From positions 133,612,001 through 133,676,000 of the forward strand of contig NW_024704742.1 of assembly GCF_018977255.1 (NCBI RefSeq): 64,000 nucleotides of DNA, written 5' to 3'. Position numbers and translations under genes: made by a program. Below, in pieces: positions 26,001-41,000 of this stretch. The number at the start of each line of letters is the position of its first letter. Within the stretch, counting starts at the first letter, position 1. Source of the DNA: Callorhinchus milii. Taxonomy: Eukaryota. Below the pieces are notes generated by a model, which made no database searches, was not told where the DNA came from, and saw only the letters and a program-made list of their open reading frames with translations.

Positions 26001-29000
26001 CTTCATATTTCACAGCGAAGATCTGAGGCTGGAACTGAAACTAATATTTTTGGGAGATTATCTCATAGATTTAGACAGTTCACAGATCCAAGAGGCTACG
26101 CCCTACTTGCCGTGGTTATAATTTTTGATTGATCCGAACAAAACAATGGAAGATAAATAAATGCTTGCCAGTGAAAACAGACGTATTATCCACTAATTTC
26201 TATGCCAAGTCATTGAAGCATTTTTTTTTCACCTAAACTACTAATACAAGTTCCAATGTAAAGTTCTGTGAAAGTGCCCAGCAATGCAAACTCTTAACCA
26301 GAGAAGTTCCCTTACTCCACTGTTTTGGGGATATTGCTGTGCACAATTAGTTGCCGCGTTTCACCCACAAAATACACACTCAATTCACCTTACAGTGTGT
26401 TCTGAGATATCTCGACGACTGTATCAAATAGGATTATTATTATGGTGGTGGACTTTAATGTGGGTGAGGCAGAGGATCCTGGATAAAGAACCACAAGTCA
26501 TATATGTCTGTGTCAGCCTGGCTCACTCGGCAGCACTCTTGCCTTGCTTAAGTCCTGAAGGTTGTGTGTTCAAACCCCACATCAGCAATTTGTTATTCTC
26601 AATTTGCAGCCCTCAAGCCAGTAGTGATTTAAGCACCGTGCTGGGTCACGGTTCGGATTAGAGAGCATGTGCCTGTAACACTGGTTACGATGTTTTATGG
26701 ATCCCAGTTGAAAATGGGACAGGCAAGAATCTTAAATGTTGTTCCAGTGGATTGAATCAGATGTCAAACATACACGTAAACCACCGAGGCAAGTAATGCA
26801 TTTACAATACAACACTGTCAGAGGTATCGTCCTTCGGATGAGACGTTAAAACTGAGATCCCATCATTACTTGGACAGTTGACTATTGCAAAGGGAAGAGA
26901 GGGCCACCCTTTTGGCCTGGCCAATAATTCCCTGAATAAAATTAGTCATTCACTTCATGGCTGTTTGTGAAACGATGCTGTGTGCAAATTGCTGTGTTCG
27001 CCCTCAAAATACACAGTCACTGCACTTTACAGTAAAATCCTGTGAAGTGTTTTGAGACCTTTTCCCAATGTGACGGGACCTGTATCAAATGTGAGGATTA
27101 TTATTATTCCAATGAGAATATGACAGCTTCCTGCTTTTCTATATCACTGGTGTTGTTGCTGTGTTCTGAATATGGAATCGAACAAGAATGCCTGTGATAG
27201 TTTCTGCTGGTACAATGACCTCCCATCCTTGGGAACTGGCAGTGCTCGTTCTTGTAATGTAATGTGTAACATGAATGGTAGGTTAATGACCAGTTGAATG
27301 ATTATGACTGTCTTGTTGTCGTCAAATGAAACTGGAAGAGTTCCCTGCAAGATAAGGTTTGACTGCAGCCATATTACCCCTCCCTCACCATCTCCCCCAA
27401 CATCATTGCAAATCCCTCCTCCTGTTCGCTCACTGAAGTAGTGTTTCCGCAGATGTTCTGAATTTACCCGCTTCAATCGCAGGCCATGTCCTCTGGTTCT
27501 ACTGTACAGTAAAAGATTATCATGTTCCACATTATCTAATCCCTTTGGAATGTTAAAGTTAAAATGAAATATAATTAAAGAATCTTTGCTGACTTTACTG
27601 GCCAAATAAGACTTTGCTGATGGTGTGTGTAACAATGTCTGAAACTATTTCTTTAGGATACCCTGTGGGAGATAAAAGCTTTAAATTCAAGAAAACTACA
27701 AGGATAGGTGGAAAGGGCAGCAATCCTTGGCCAACAACCCTGCATAGGATTGCTCTTTAAAAGAGCCAGCACAGAACACTATGGGCCAGATGGCCTTCTT
27801 TTCTTTGTAAATATCTATGGTTCTATGGTAATTATTCATTGGATTGGATTTTTCTGTGGGCAGTCAGTGTTTCAATAGTAATTGTCTAATGTCAAGTCTG
27901 TGCATTGTAAATTCTCTTCACTGCAGTCTGGCCATTGACCAAATGAATGATTTCAAGGTCCTCACACTCACCTACAAATCACTTCATGTCCCAGCACCTC
28001 TCCCTATGTCTCCAGCCAGCTCACACCCATTCCTCCACTCACCACCTTCACTTGGCCAGCTCAGACCCTCTGCACCTCCCTCAAGCCCTCTGCTCCACCA
28101 TCAGCGGCTGTGCCTTCAGCCACTGCAGCCATGAATCTCTGGTACTCTCAGCTCCTTACCTTTGCCCACTCTTTATCCATCTTCAGATCGCATCTGAAAG
28201 CTCTCCCCTTCGACCGTATCTACGGTCACCTCCCCTTCGTCCCCGGCTTGGAGTCAAGCTCCACCATTGTTTACTGGTCTGAGAACACCACCCCTTGTGA
28301 AGGGCACTGTATAAATGCATGATATTGTTGCTGTAATTCTCTGGCTGGAGGAATCAATTAATTTCTCTCTTCTGGTACTGTCACAGGTAACTGCTTTGTT
28401 CCACGATCCAAGCATTGGTAATGCGATCCACATTGTGTTGGTGCGGCTTATTTTACTGGAAGAAGAAGAGGTATTTCTGCAAATATAGACTGATTATTTC
28501 CCTCTCACAATCTTTTTTTGCTCTTTATTTAAGGAAATGTTGCAGCAAATCATGTTCAAATCGGAATCCAAAACGTTCTGTGTTTCCAATGAGTGTAAGC
28601 AACTCTGAATCAATGTTTGTTGATGATGGGATTTAGAGATTATTCAGTGCTATTAGATGTCAGGCTAACTCAGTCTGTAGCACTCTCGTCTGAGTCAGAA
28701 GGTTGTGGGTCCAATCCCTAAATTAGCACTTTAAGTTCACAGTCTAGGCAGACACAAACAGTTATGGATTGAGTGACCAAAATTATTTTTACATTTTTCT
28801 GAAGGGATTCTTACCCCTGGAAAACAATCTGCCAATCGACTAAAAATCTGGTTCCCACTTACTGCTACGTAAACAGAGGGGTGTGGAGCAAGGAAACTTG
28901 GCTAAATTTTCATGCTGTCTGTGAATCGAACCCGGGTCCTCTCGCTTGTGAGGCGAGTGCTCTAACCAATACGTAACAGGACTCCGTATTTGACATTAAA

Positions 29001-32000
29001 GATCGAATGGTGGCTATTTGAAAAGAGGTGTTCTAGCCAATAATCTCTTAAAATAAAATTGGTTATTTGTTTCATGGCTGTCTGGGGGACATTGCTGTGG
29101 GCAAATTGGCTGGTTATATTTGCCTACAAAACACGCAGGTCATGCTCTTTGCAGTATATCCCATGGAAGAGCTCTGGGGACATCCTCCTGATGTGAAAGT
29201 TGCTATATTGAAATGTAATGAGTAGAATTATTATTATTAAATCCTGTGAAGCTCTTTGAAACCTCCTAATTTGAAAGGCGCTATATGAAATATTAGGATG
29301 ATGATTTATTACTTTTTCATCATTAAACCGATGAGCTCAGTTTCTCATCATTCTTCACTCCTTTCGTTGAACCTCCTTCTCTCGCCCTTTCCAGGAAGAC
29401 CTGAAGATTATACACCATGGAGACCACACACTGGCCAGCTTCTGCAAATGGCAAAAGAACATGAACCCGAAGGGTGACTCCAGCCCACATCACCACGACG
29501 TGGCTGTATTGCTCACCAGGTGGGTCTGTGCAAAGCAATAATTATTTTAAAATCCCTCTGTTTATATCCCTCCCTCCCTCCCTCCCTCCCTCTTTCCATC
29601 CCTTCCTCCTTCACTCCATCGTACCTTCCACTCATTTAAAGCATATCTCAAAACCTACCTTTTTGACTGTGATTTTGTACATCTTTCCAACCCCTTTGGC
29701 TCTCACCCCCAGTCCAGGCTCTAGCCTCCATTGTCAAACTCTTTGAAGTGTCCTCCCAAACGTGAAAGGCCCTACATAAATGATTATTTTTATATTTTTA
29801 TTTTTATCGCAAATACCTTTTCAATTGCAGGAAGGATCTGTGCGCTGGAATGAACCATCCCTGTGAGACACTCGGCCTGTCTCACATTTCAGGAATATGT
29901 CAACCGCATAGAAGCTGCAACATTAATGAAGACTCTGGACTCCCACTGGCATTTACAATAGCGCACGAGCTCGGTCACAGGTAATAATAGTGATGAGTAA
30001 TAATAATAATACTGACGATAATACTGTCGTCAGTATTACTTTTGAGTAAGAGTAATCATAGCAATAATGATGATAATAATAACTGTTGCATTTAACAGTG
30101 TAGCACTGTTATCATGTAATTGGAAATTCTCAAAGCACTTCACAGAATTTTACTGTAAAAGATTAACTTGGGTAGACATCTCAATCGCTTTATTGTGAAC
30201 TGTATTTTGTCGATGAATGTGGCAGCTGATTTGCACACAGCAAAATCCAACAAACAACCATGAAGTAAATGATTGATTTTGCTTGGGGGATTGTTGGCCA
30301 GGATGCTGGGAGAGAGAAACTGCATTTTTTTTGATATAGGGGCTATATCAAACGCAAGGATTATTTATTATTTTATATAATGCATATAACATCAAAATAT
30401 CTCAAAGCGCTGCACAGAGTTTTCATAAAGTTAGGTGTCTGTGCTTTTGAGGACGCTAGAAGTAGTCAATTTGCGCACAGCAATGGCCCACAAACATTTA
30501 TTCCCTCCCTCACCTCTTTGTTCGCTCGCTTCCCCTTTTTCAAGGTACATCTCCAAACTTACTTCTTTGACCGCACTTTTGGTCATATTTCCCCTCCCCA
30601 CTCCCAGCACCCCCTCCCCAGTTTGGGTGCCCATCCTGCTCTGTGAAGTCGCTTATCAACGTAAAGTGTTCATGGGCAAATTGTCTGCTGCGTTCGCCCA
30701 CAGAATAAATAGCACTTTACAGTATAACTTTGAGACGTCTCGTCAACGTCATAACAACATGGACTCCTGTAATGTATTGGTTAGAACACTTGCTTCACAA
30801 GTGAGAGGACCTAGGTTCAATTCCCAGGCAGGGCAAAACCTTAGGCAAGTTTTGTTAGTCCTCATGACTCTTATTTACCCAGCTTTAAGTAGGAAGTCTT
30901 AATCAATTGGTGGATCACGTTTCCGGGGATAATAACCCCTTAAAAAATAACAATAATAAATTGGTCACGCAATTCACGGCTGTTTGTGGGACACTGCTGT
31001 GTGCAATTGGCTGCCGCATTTCGTCCACAAAATATAGTCAATTCGATTTACAGTGAAGCGCTTTGAAACGTCCCGAAAACGTGATAAGATGCTGTATCAA
31101 ATGCAAAAATCATTATTGTCATTAGGCTTTATATTAGATATATAGATTATTATTTTTATTGTATAAACAGCTGTGAAGTGAATGATGAATTCTATCTACG
31201 CTGCGCCTTTTCCATTGCTTTAGTTTCACGACCAGTGGGATCCCATTGGATTTTCCCTTACCATTGCAGCTTTGGTATTCAGCACGATGGGATAGGGAAC
31301 GACTGTGAAGTCTTTGGGAAGCACCACTACATCATGTCTCGGCAGCTCCAGTATGATCATTCTCCTCTCACGTGGTCGTCCTGCAGTAAAGATTACATCA
31401 CACGGTTTCTGGAGTGAGTATCTCACACTGGCTCGTCTCTCCCTTTCTCCCACTTGGAATATTTCTTGCTTTGGAGTTTTATTTTGCTCGCTTCACAAAG
31501 GCTCATGGCGAATATGAACGGGTGAGATAGAACGGCGAATTTCAGGTGTCCAACCCCCTGCCAACCAGTCCGCTCCCTCCGCTCAGCAGGCGGTCCTTCA
31601 GCCTTTCTACCCCTACACTCTGGAACACCATCCCACAGTCCCTCCACCTCGTCCCCTCCCTTGCCTCCTTCAAGACCCATCTCAAGACCCTCCTCTTCAA
31701 CAATGCCTTCAGCACGCTCTTACCCCTATCCTTCCAGCCCTCCACCCCTCCTGATCCCAACCACCAGCTCGGGTGCAGATCCCTGACTGTCCAGCGCCTT
31801 GGGACATCCTCCTGACGTGAAAGGCACCATACAAATCTAATTTGTTTTTGTTGTCTGTTGTTTGAATTGTGATACAATGGACACTACAGTTTGCAACTGT
31901 CCAGCGCCTTTCATCTTGGGATGATGTATCAAAGTACTTCATTGGAGGCCTGAGCTCGGGAGAAGTGGGCTGGGGGTCAGAAGAAGTGGGGGGTGTGGGG

Positions 32001-35000
32001 AGCTGAAGAGGGAGGGGTGTGGAAGGTGGGGGGAGCTGGAGCACAAATTACCAAAACATGGTGAGAGTTACGGCTTAAAGGTGGGCTTTGAAACTGGGGA
32101 GGGAAGGGGGAAAGCCAGAAGCACTCCTGGAATGGAGTTTCAGAGAGAGCTGGTAGGCTTGCCTGCTGATGGTGAGCTGGATAGAGGGGAGATGATGACA
32201 TGAAACAGGCCTGTGTTCGCAAACAAAGGGAATGCCTTGGCCAGAAGAATTCCAGGAGGTCACAGAGGTCTAGGATGGGGGTGAGATCCTGGGGGTTTCA
32301 AATGCGAGGCCAAGGATAATGACTTGGATCTGCAGAGGAGCCAGTGGATGGAAATCCTCTCGTTTTACTAACGTTTGTGGAAAAACCTGTTCATAGCTTG
32401 TAACTCTATAGTGCCTATTGTATAAGACATGTGGAGTCCTGCAGCTCAGTGGTTAGAGCACTCGCTTTGCAAGCAAGAGACCTGGGTTCAGTTCCCGGCA
32501 GGGTGAAACCTTGGGCAAGTTTCCTTACTCCACACAGAGCCTGATAATATTCCCTCAAAAAAAAACAATGATAAATTGGTCATTTTCAATCCACGACTGT
32601 TTGTGGGACATTGCTGTGCGCAATTGGCTGCCGCATTTCGCCCACAAATATACAGTCAATTCACTTTACAGTCTGTTCTGTGAAGGGCTTTGAGACGTCT
32701 AGAAGACGTAAAAAGCACTATATCAAATTCAAGGATTATTATTATTACTATTAAGACAATGTCTGGAAGTGCTTTACATTGATTATGTGAGACGCCGAGC
32801 AAGGTGGGAAGGAGTCAGTGTTGGGGGAAGGTGAAAAACAATGTTTTTAGCCTTTGAAAATTATTCCTGCACTTGGGCAGGGATTCTTCCCTCTCGGGAC
32901 ATGATAACCTTGCAAGTATGGTCCTAGCTGAACAAGCAGCAGGAATCTTGTGATGCGGTTTTAGCTGGTTAAACTCCATCAGAAATCCCAACTCACACTC
33001 TGGGGTCCCCCCCCACATCTTGGCTCTTGCCAACCTGAGCCTAATACTCTCCGGAATTGGGTAAGCAGGGCGCATCCATCCAAGGAGAGAGTGCGCATTC
33101 CATTCTACACTCAGGAATCTACATGTGTAAGTGACGTGCTTAAAACTTTTAAGCATCGTGGTGGGTTTCCACATATGACAGATACCTGGTGGACCGAAAA
33201 AGAAGTCCTTGCTAAACTGGAACCGACGATGGTGAGACTTATTTGTTCAACATTGTTTGGGCGAGGCCATTAGTTCAGGGTAGGGGATGATGCGGGGAAT
33301 TTGAAAGCGCATTATTTTGCTGTTCATTTTATTATGTTAGGAAAGGAATGTACTTTAACGGAAGTTCTAGACCCAAAGTTTCTGCGAGAGCACATGATGG
33401 ATGTGAAGCGATTCATTTAAATTTGGAGAGCTGTGAATTATCATCTAACAAGCTGATATGTTGAATAATTCAGGGTTTTCCGGATTGCTGCTTCCAGTCT
33501 CTTGTGCCATAAGCAGCTATAATTCATCATGTTCAAATGAATTGTACACCAAAAAAAAAAGGCGAGAGGCACATTTTCTAGGCGTCCCTAAACTCTGGCT
33601 CATCCAGCCCTGACATTCCTTGAATCCTCTGCAGTAAATCGCAAATTGCAATGTAAATATTCAGGATAAACACAAATACACAGTCAATTTCATGCTCACA
33701 CACCTATATATTGGCATATATTCATTCAAACACATCTGACTCACACACATAAACATTCACACATATACACACTCATATACACACACTCGGACACGCACAC
33801 TCACATGAGTTCAGTATACACTTACACACATGCAACATGTACATGCATGCACATACACACACATATACACAGTAAAGTTTTCAGTAAAAATTGTAGGGAA
33901 AATTTGTGACAAACAGAAATCTGCACGACTCCAAACAACAGTGAGGAGCAGAGACGTCATACAGGCACATAGGCGTCAGTAACAGATAAGTAATGTTAAC
34001 GTCAGAGGTTATTAAGGGTATGAGGGAGAACGAAAGGCAGATTGCAGATAAGAGCACACAGGATTAACCATGACCCTCTGAAAAACCAGGCGAGATATTC
34101 TTTTCAGGTTTGTGTTGTGCAGAAACATTGTGGGAAATTGGAAAATTGGGAAACGTCAGAATTCTTTTCGCTGTCAGGTTTTATCAGTGACGTCTGGACA
34201 AGTCCACAGCAGGTTCGGGAATTTGTGCAGAGTTCAAAGAGGGTGGCAGGATTGCAGAAACATTCTCTGTCACAAAACAGTTATTGAGGCAGACTGCATA
34301 TTTTCATTTTAAAGGAAATTAGATACTGTAGAGGCTCGAAAAAAAGATAGAAAATATGAAAGATAGAAAATATGAAAAAGATAGAAAATATGAAAGATAG
34401 AAAATATGAAAGGGGGCCTGAGGGGAGTGAGCAGCAGAGTCGGATTAGATTGGGAGGCTCAGGTGGAGAAAAACACCTGCACAAGCTCGGTGATCTGAAT
34501 GGAGACTTTCTGCCTTATTACGTTTTAAGATTTGAAGGGGCATGTGCTGTTATCACTGGTGATAATTATCATATCAATTAACAAAAGTGCTAAGAGGCCA
34601 TCGATAGTTATCACTGGTCTTGGAGCTTAATGGTGTCTCTGACTGCAGTTGGTAGCACTCTCAGCTTTGGGACAGAAGGTTGCGGGATCAAGCCCCACGT
34701 TGGGACTTAGAATCACATAGTCTTAGCTGCCACTGCAAAGCAGTGATGAAATGTTACACTAAGGCCACATCTGCTTGTTTAGGTGGACGCTAAAGATCCC
34801 ATGGCATTATTTGAAAAGGGAAGGGGGTTTTCCCAGTGTCCTGGCCAACAATAACCTAAACTAAAAAAAATTGTAATTTCAGATACTACTATGGGATCTT
34901 TAATGTCCACCTGAACAGGCAGACAGGAACTCAGTTCAACGTTACATCTGAAGCATGGCACATCCAACATTGCAAAGTTCCCCCAGCACCGCACTGTAGG

Positions 35001-38000
35001 GAATAGTTAATAAATAATAATAATCATCCTTGCATTTGATATAGGGCCTTATCACGTCTTCAAGACGACTCAGAGCGCTTCACAGAATATACAGTAAAGT
35101 GAATTGACTGTATGCAAAGGGGTTGAGTGGCCTGTTTTAGTGCTGAAGTTTCAATGTAATTGGAAGTTAAAGGCCCCATTGGACTAACCAAAAAGAAAGG
35201 CAATAGTGGAATCCTGTTGTGCAGTGGTTGGAGCACTCGCCTTGCAACTGAGAGGACCTGGGTTTGATTCCCTGACGAGACAAAACCTTAGGCAAATTTC
35301 CTTACTCCACACGCCTGTTTACCTCGCAGTAAGTAGGAACCTGGTTGTTAGTCACTTGGTGGATCACTTTCTGGGGGTAGTAAGTCTTTCACAAATAAAT
35401 AAATACATAAAAAAAACTAATAATTTGATCACTCAATCCACGACTGTTTATGGGTCACTTCTGTGTGCAATTGGCTACCATGTTCCGCCCACAAAATATA
35501 CAGTCAATTCACATTACAATATATTCTGTGAAGCATTTTGAGACAACTCAACAACCGTGACAACATCAAGAGCAAATTACAATTGTATAGCGCCTTTCAT
35601 AAGGCACTGTATCAAATGCAAGGATTATTATTATAATGAACCTCTGACTCAAAAGACTCAAGAGAGCAACCAGCTGAGTCAGCCTGACACCTGACTCTAC
35701 CTGTTGATTCCAGTTAAAGGTGAGGAAAGAAATGCCTTGTTGAATAACACTCAGTTGCCACTTGTTTGACATGTTGCCTTTGGAGTGTGATTGAACATTG
35801 TGGAGATATTTATTAAAGTTCCATGATGGTCTCTTTAGTGCTCAGACACCTGTGAAAAACAGCTCATTACCAATTTATCTGTATCTCGTGGGTGTTTTTT
35901 TGGCTTTCTGGAAATAACAAGGGGAAATAAAAGAAGTGCAATTTTGTAAGCCTCTTTTGGAAGAGGAGGATTCTTTTGTGAATAGAACTTTGCTTTATAT
36001 AACTTTCCTCATCCTCGCTGTTTGCTCCACAGATGTGTTACTTGTAGTGTAATAGTTCAACTAATGGGAGCTCAGAAGCTGAACTCTAGTCCAGTAACCT
36101 ATTATTTTAAATTTCTACAGAAAATTAATTTTGAAGCAATTCACCTTCTCTGACCTTTAAACTCAGAGTTTAAAAAGTGGTACCCTCAGGTTAATTTCGA
36201 TTCAGTTGAAATAGCACTCTCGCCTCTGGTCAGAAGGTTGTAGATTTGAGCCCTGCATGAGGAACTTTGAGCTCACAGTCCTGGCTGACACTCCAGTGCA
36301 GTGCTGGGGGAAGCACTGAATTGTCAGATGTGCTGTCCATCAGGTGAGACCTTAAACTGTGGCCGCATCTGCCCGTTCAAGTGGACCTTAAAAAGCTTCT
36401 GGCACTATTCAAAAAGAGAAGGGAGTTTCTCCCAGTGTCCTGGCCAACATTGTCCAGACAAAAACGATCATTCATTTAATGGCTATTTGTTGTGCACAAA
36501 TTGTCTTCCATCTGCGGAGGGGTCTAATTTGCGAGATATGCAAAAGATTTATAAACAGAGATCCTGCAAGTAACTGGATGTGTGGCAGGCTGAGTTCTCA
36601 GTTTCAATGCCAGCTTAGGTGGGTTGAGCTCAAAGCAGACACTATTCTCTGCCTCCCCTGTTCTCTATCTGTCTTTATATCCCATCTTAAGTCCCAGATG
36701 TTTGACCTCCTGGGGTGCCCCTCCCTTCCGCCATCGCTTTCCCCTTGCTTGCCGTTATGAAGCACTCCAAGACGTCATCCTACATAAAGGGCGTTATATA
36801 AATACACGTTGTTGTCTTTGCATGCTGTGAAGTATAGTAACTGTGTATTTGTTGGAAAAAAACAAGACTTTCATAGAGGTTCAGACTGAGAGACACGGGA
36901 ACGCAAAGCATTTCACAATAGCTGATGTATTTAGTGAAGGGACTGAGTCTGTCTCACGTATTCCCGAAGGAGAGAACAAAGTTGGGTAATTTAATGGAAT
37001 CAGCATTATTTCCAGGATCACCTCTGGGTTGCATATTAAAGTGTCTGCATGCTTGTGATTCAAATCAGATGAGGTCAGATCCCCAGATGTCATACTCAAG
37101 CTACATAGCACTCTAATCAGGCTGCACCTTGAATAATGCATGCAGTTCTGGTCACCGTGAGATAAGGAATCAGCTTAGGCCTTGGAGGTGATGTAGAGGA
37201 GAATAAGGAAGATGATCCCCAGAGTTAGAGGAATGAGCTATGAGCAAAGATGAGACAAGCTAGTGTTCTCTTCAGTCTTCAAAAGCGACGACTCAGAAGG
37301 CACCTTATGGAGGTGTATAGATTTTTAAATGGGATCAAAGCGGAAAATCCTGAACAATACTTTAGAAAGCACCAAGACAATAGAACAAGAGGGCACAGCA
37401 AAGGGCAATTTCAGGACAGACATTGGGAAGATTTTCTTTATCCAGAGGATAATAACTGAAAGAGGTTGAGGCCAGGACGTCTGACTCATTGATAAAGTAG
37501 TTGATGCTGTAATGGGAAGATGGTAAGAGCCCTCTTAATCTGAATCAATTCTGTGACCTCTTTGCCTTGTTTCCTCTTTCGCTTGAAAAACCTCCCAAAA
37601 GCATGTTCCTCGTCAAACAATCACCTCCTCCATCAGCAAATTTGTAATGGAAATTACTACCTTACTCACAGCTAATGTTCCATGAGGTTGCTTATTATTT
37701 CCAGCTATTTTGATTCCTATAACCTTAAATCCCATTGGCGAACAGGTATTTATCTTTTCATCTTTAACATACTTCAATGTTCCGCATTTCTATAAGATCA
37801 TGCTTGATGTGTACCTCAATTCTATTTACCCACTTTTGTCCCATATCCCTTGATACCCTGACCTAACAAAAATCTCAGTCTTGAAAATTATAATATAATA
37901 ATGCTTGCATTTGATTAGCACTTTTCATATCTTCTAGACATCTCAAAGAGCTTCACAGAATATACTGTAAAGTGAATTAACTGTAGTATATGTGGGGGCG

Positions 38001-41000
38001 AAATGTGTCAGCCAATTGCACGCAGCCCACAGGAAATTTGAGTGAATCCAGCATCCACAACCTTTTGGGGGAGAGGATTCCAGATTTCCACTGTGCTTTG
38101 TCTGAAAAAGTGCTTCCTGATTTCACTCCTAAATGGCCTAGCTCTAATTTTAAGATTATGAACCCTTGTTCTGGATTCTCCCACCAGAGAAAGTACTTTC
38201 TCTGTTTAACCTGTCGAATCCCTTTATTATTGTAAACACTTCAATTAGATCACCCCTCAACCTTCTAAACTTAAGGGAGTACAAGCCAAGTTTATGCAAC
38301 CTGCCCTCATATTTCGCTCACAAAATATACAGTCAATCCACTTTACAATATATTCTGTGAAGCTCTTTGAGACGTCTCAACGGTGTAATTAGGCACTATG
38401 CCAAATGCAAGGATTAGTATTATTATTATAATTTAACCTTTTAGCCCTGGTATAATTCTGGTAAATCTGCCCTGTATCCCCTCCAGGGCCAATATATTTT
38501 TCCTGAGATGCAGGGCCCATCTGTCAGACAGTGAAGTTGGCCTTGTCAAAGCAACTCTTGTGGTGCGGAAATTTTTTNCCATCATAAGGCGTCTCACAAT
38601 GAGAACAAATTAGGAGCACATCTTCCCGCTTAAAATCACAGGCACAAGCTTCTGTCAGATGTAGCGATCGATTCAATTCTCAATCTTCTCGCTTGACCTT
38701 TTTCAGAGCAATAAAGCTGCTCATTTGTGTTCACTTCAATCGCATATGATGAGCGATGAAAAAAACATGGAATGAATAATATTCCTTGCATTTGATACAG
38801 CGCTTTTCTAGACGTCTCAAAGTGCTTCACAGGATACACTGTAAAGTGAATTGACTGTATATTTGTGGGCGAAACATGGCAGCTAATTGCGCACAGCAGT
38901 GTCCCCACAAACTATCGTGGATTGAAGTGAACAATTTATTATTATTATTTTTTCTTGAGGGATTATTATCAGGCATGGAGTAAGAAAACTTGCCCAAGGT
39001 TTTGGAATCGAATCCAGGTCTCTCGTTTGCGAAGCGAATGCTCTAACACTGAGCTACAGGATTGCACCAACGAGCTACAATAAATAATCCTTGCGTTTGA
39101 TATAGCGCCTTATCATGCTTTCGAGAGGTCTCAAAGTGCTTCACAGAATATACTGTAAAGTGAATTGATGTATATTTTGTGGCAAAATGTGGCAGCCAAT
39201 TGCACACAACAATGTCCCACAATCAGTCATGGATTTAAGTGACCAATTTATTATTATAATGTTTTTAGAAGTAGCTTGTGAGGCGAGTGCTCTAACCATT
39301 GAGCTACAGGACTCCACACCGCTTTTATCCACTCTCAAAAGTTTCACTCTCTCTTTCTGCCCGCAGCCGAGGTTGGGGTTATTGCCTCAATGATCCACCG
39401 ACTGAAAAGGATTTAAAGCTTCCAATTGTTGCCCCTGGAGTCCTCTACGATGTTCACCATCAGTGCCAACTGCAGTACGGGCCCAACTCTACTTTCTGTG
39501 ATGAAATGGATGTAAGTGACGTCATGGTTCATTTGTAAACTAACTATAGCAACGACTTGTGCCCTTTGTGCAGGGTAAAGTCTTGGAATGCTTTTTACAC
39601 AGCGCTGGGATCAGATGCTGAGTAGGGGAGGGGGGAGAAAGGAGAGGTGACCATAGATGCAACCAAAGACAGCAGGTCTTGAGGACAGACAGAGAGAGGG
39701 TGAGTCGAAGTGGAGAAAGATGGATTGACAGAGATTAGCGGTGTAGGAACTGAAGGCCCGGTCACTGATGATGGTGAAGAAAAGGCGGGAGCCGCAGGTT
39801 GGAATGGGTTAGGTGGAGATCAGAAAGGTGCTAGGGCATAATGGGATTTGAAGGTGAGGATAAGGATCTTCAAGGCCGGTCTCAAGACCCTTCTCTTCGA
39901 TTGTGCCTTTGGTCTCCCTCCCACCTCTCTGACTTCCCTCACCCCTACACCACCCCTCCCCCATGCTTGGGCCCCGACATCTGACTGTTCAGCGCTTTGG
40001 GACGTCCTCCCGACGTGAAAGGTGCTATACAAATGTAATTTTGTTGTTGTTTTAACGGTCTGCTCGGAGCCAGTAGAACCTGGCAAGGACTCGGACAATG
40101 GGCGTGTAATGTTTGATGCAGGTGAGGATTTGGGTGTGGAGTTTTGGATAAGTTGGAGTTTATGGATGGTGGAGCTAAGACAGATAGAGCTGTACTAGGG
40201 AAATAAAGGGGGTCAAGGGATGTGGAGTAAAGGCAGGGGATGGGATTAAAAAATATATTATCTAATAAATTGGCAGTATAGCCTTGATGAGCTGGACGGT
40301 CTCTGCCTGAGTCTAATATGCGGTGGCGGTGAAGAATGTCACTGAGGATCATTTGCATGCACAAATTGGGCACATTCTGGGTGTATAAGTGCTACATCAA
40401 ATGGATGGAGGCACCGTTCTGAATACTATTATCCAGCTGAAATCTGTCATCAATCTCATTGCTCACGTTTTCATAAGTGAGACCTCATGTTACATCACTT
40501 GTGTGTCTCTGGGGTTATCTGAGAGTGTATCTGAGACTCTTTGACAATGTTGCGCTCTCCCCCCCCTCCTCTCCCCCCAACCGCCAACCCCAACACTGAC
40601 TGGAGTATCACAACAACAGCAACTTGCATTTATATAGTGCCCATCACGCAGGGTAGCATCCCATAGTGCTTGACAGTGGCGGAGCATGACTCTGAGCCGG
40701 TGGAGGGGGAAGTAACCGTAGGCACAGTCGAATAGGAAATTCTTCAGGTGCGACCTGAAAATGAGGAAGAAAGGGGCAAGGCGAAGGCATAGAGGAAGGG
40801 TGTTCCGGATTTTCGGGGCTGAACGTGCAGCCACCAATAGTGGAACAGAGGACTCTGTTTGAGGTATCAGCCTAGGTGCTGGCTAGGGTGTGAAGCGATT
40901 TATAGGTGAGATTGTGAACCTTGGAATCGATCGATTGGGTACCAGAGAGCCAGTGGAGCCTGTGAGGGAATGGGCATGCAAAGTCCCGATGTGGGGCTCG

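Noticed and set aside
33870..34330. Possible old Tc1/mariner-type MITE (CAGTA...TACTG ends, weak internal inverted similarity)
   Set aside because: Inverted match is too short and degenerate to support without a consensus search.
34344..34411. Regular short repeats resembling a CRISPR array
   Set aside because: No unique spacers and a eukaryotic intron context; a simple minisatellite.
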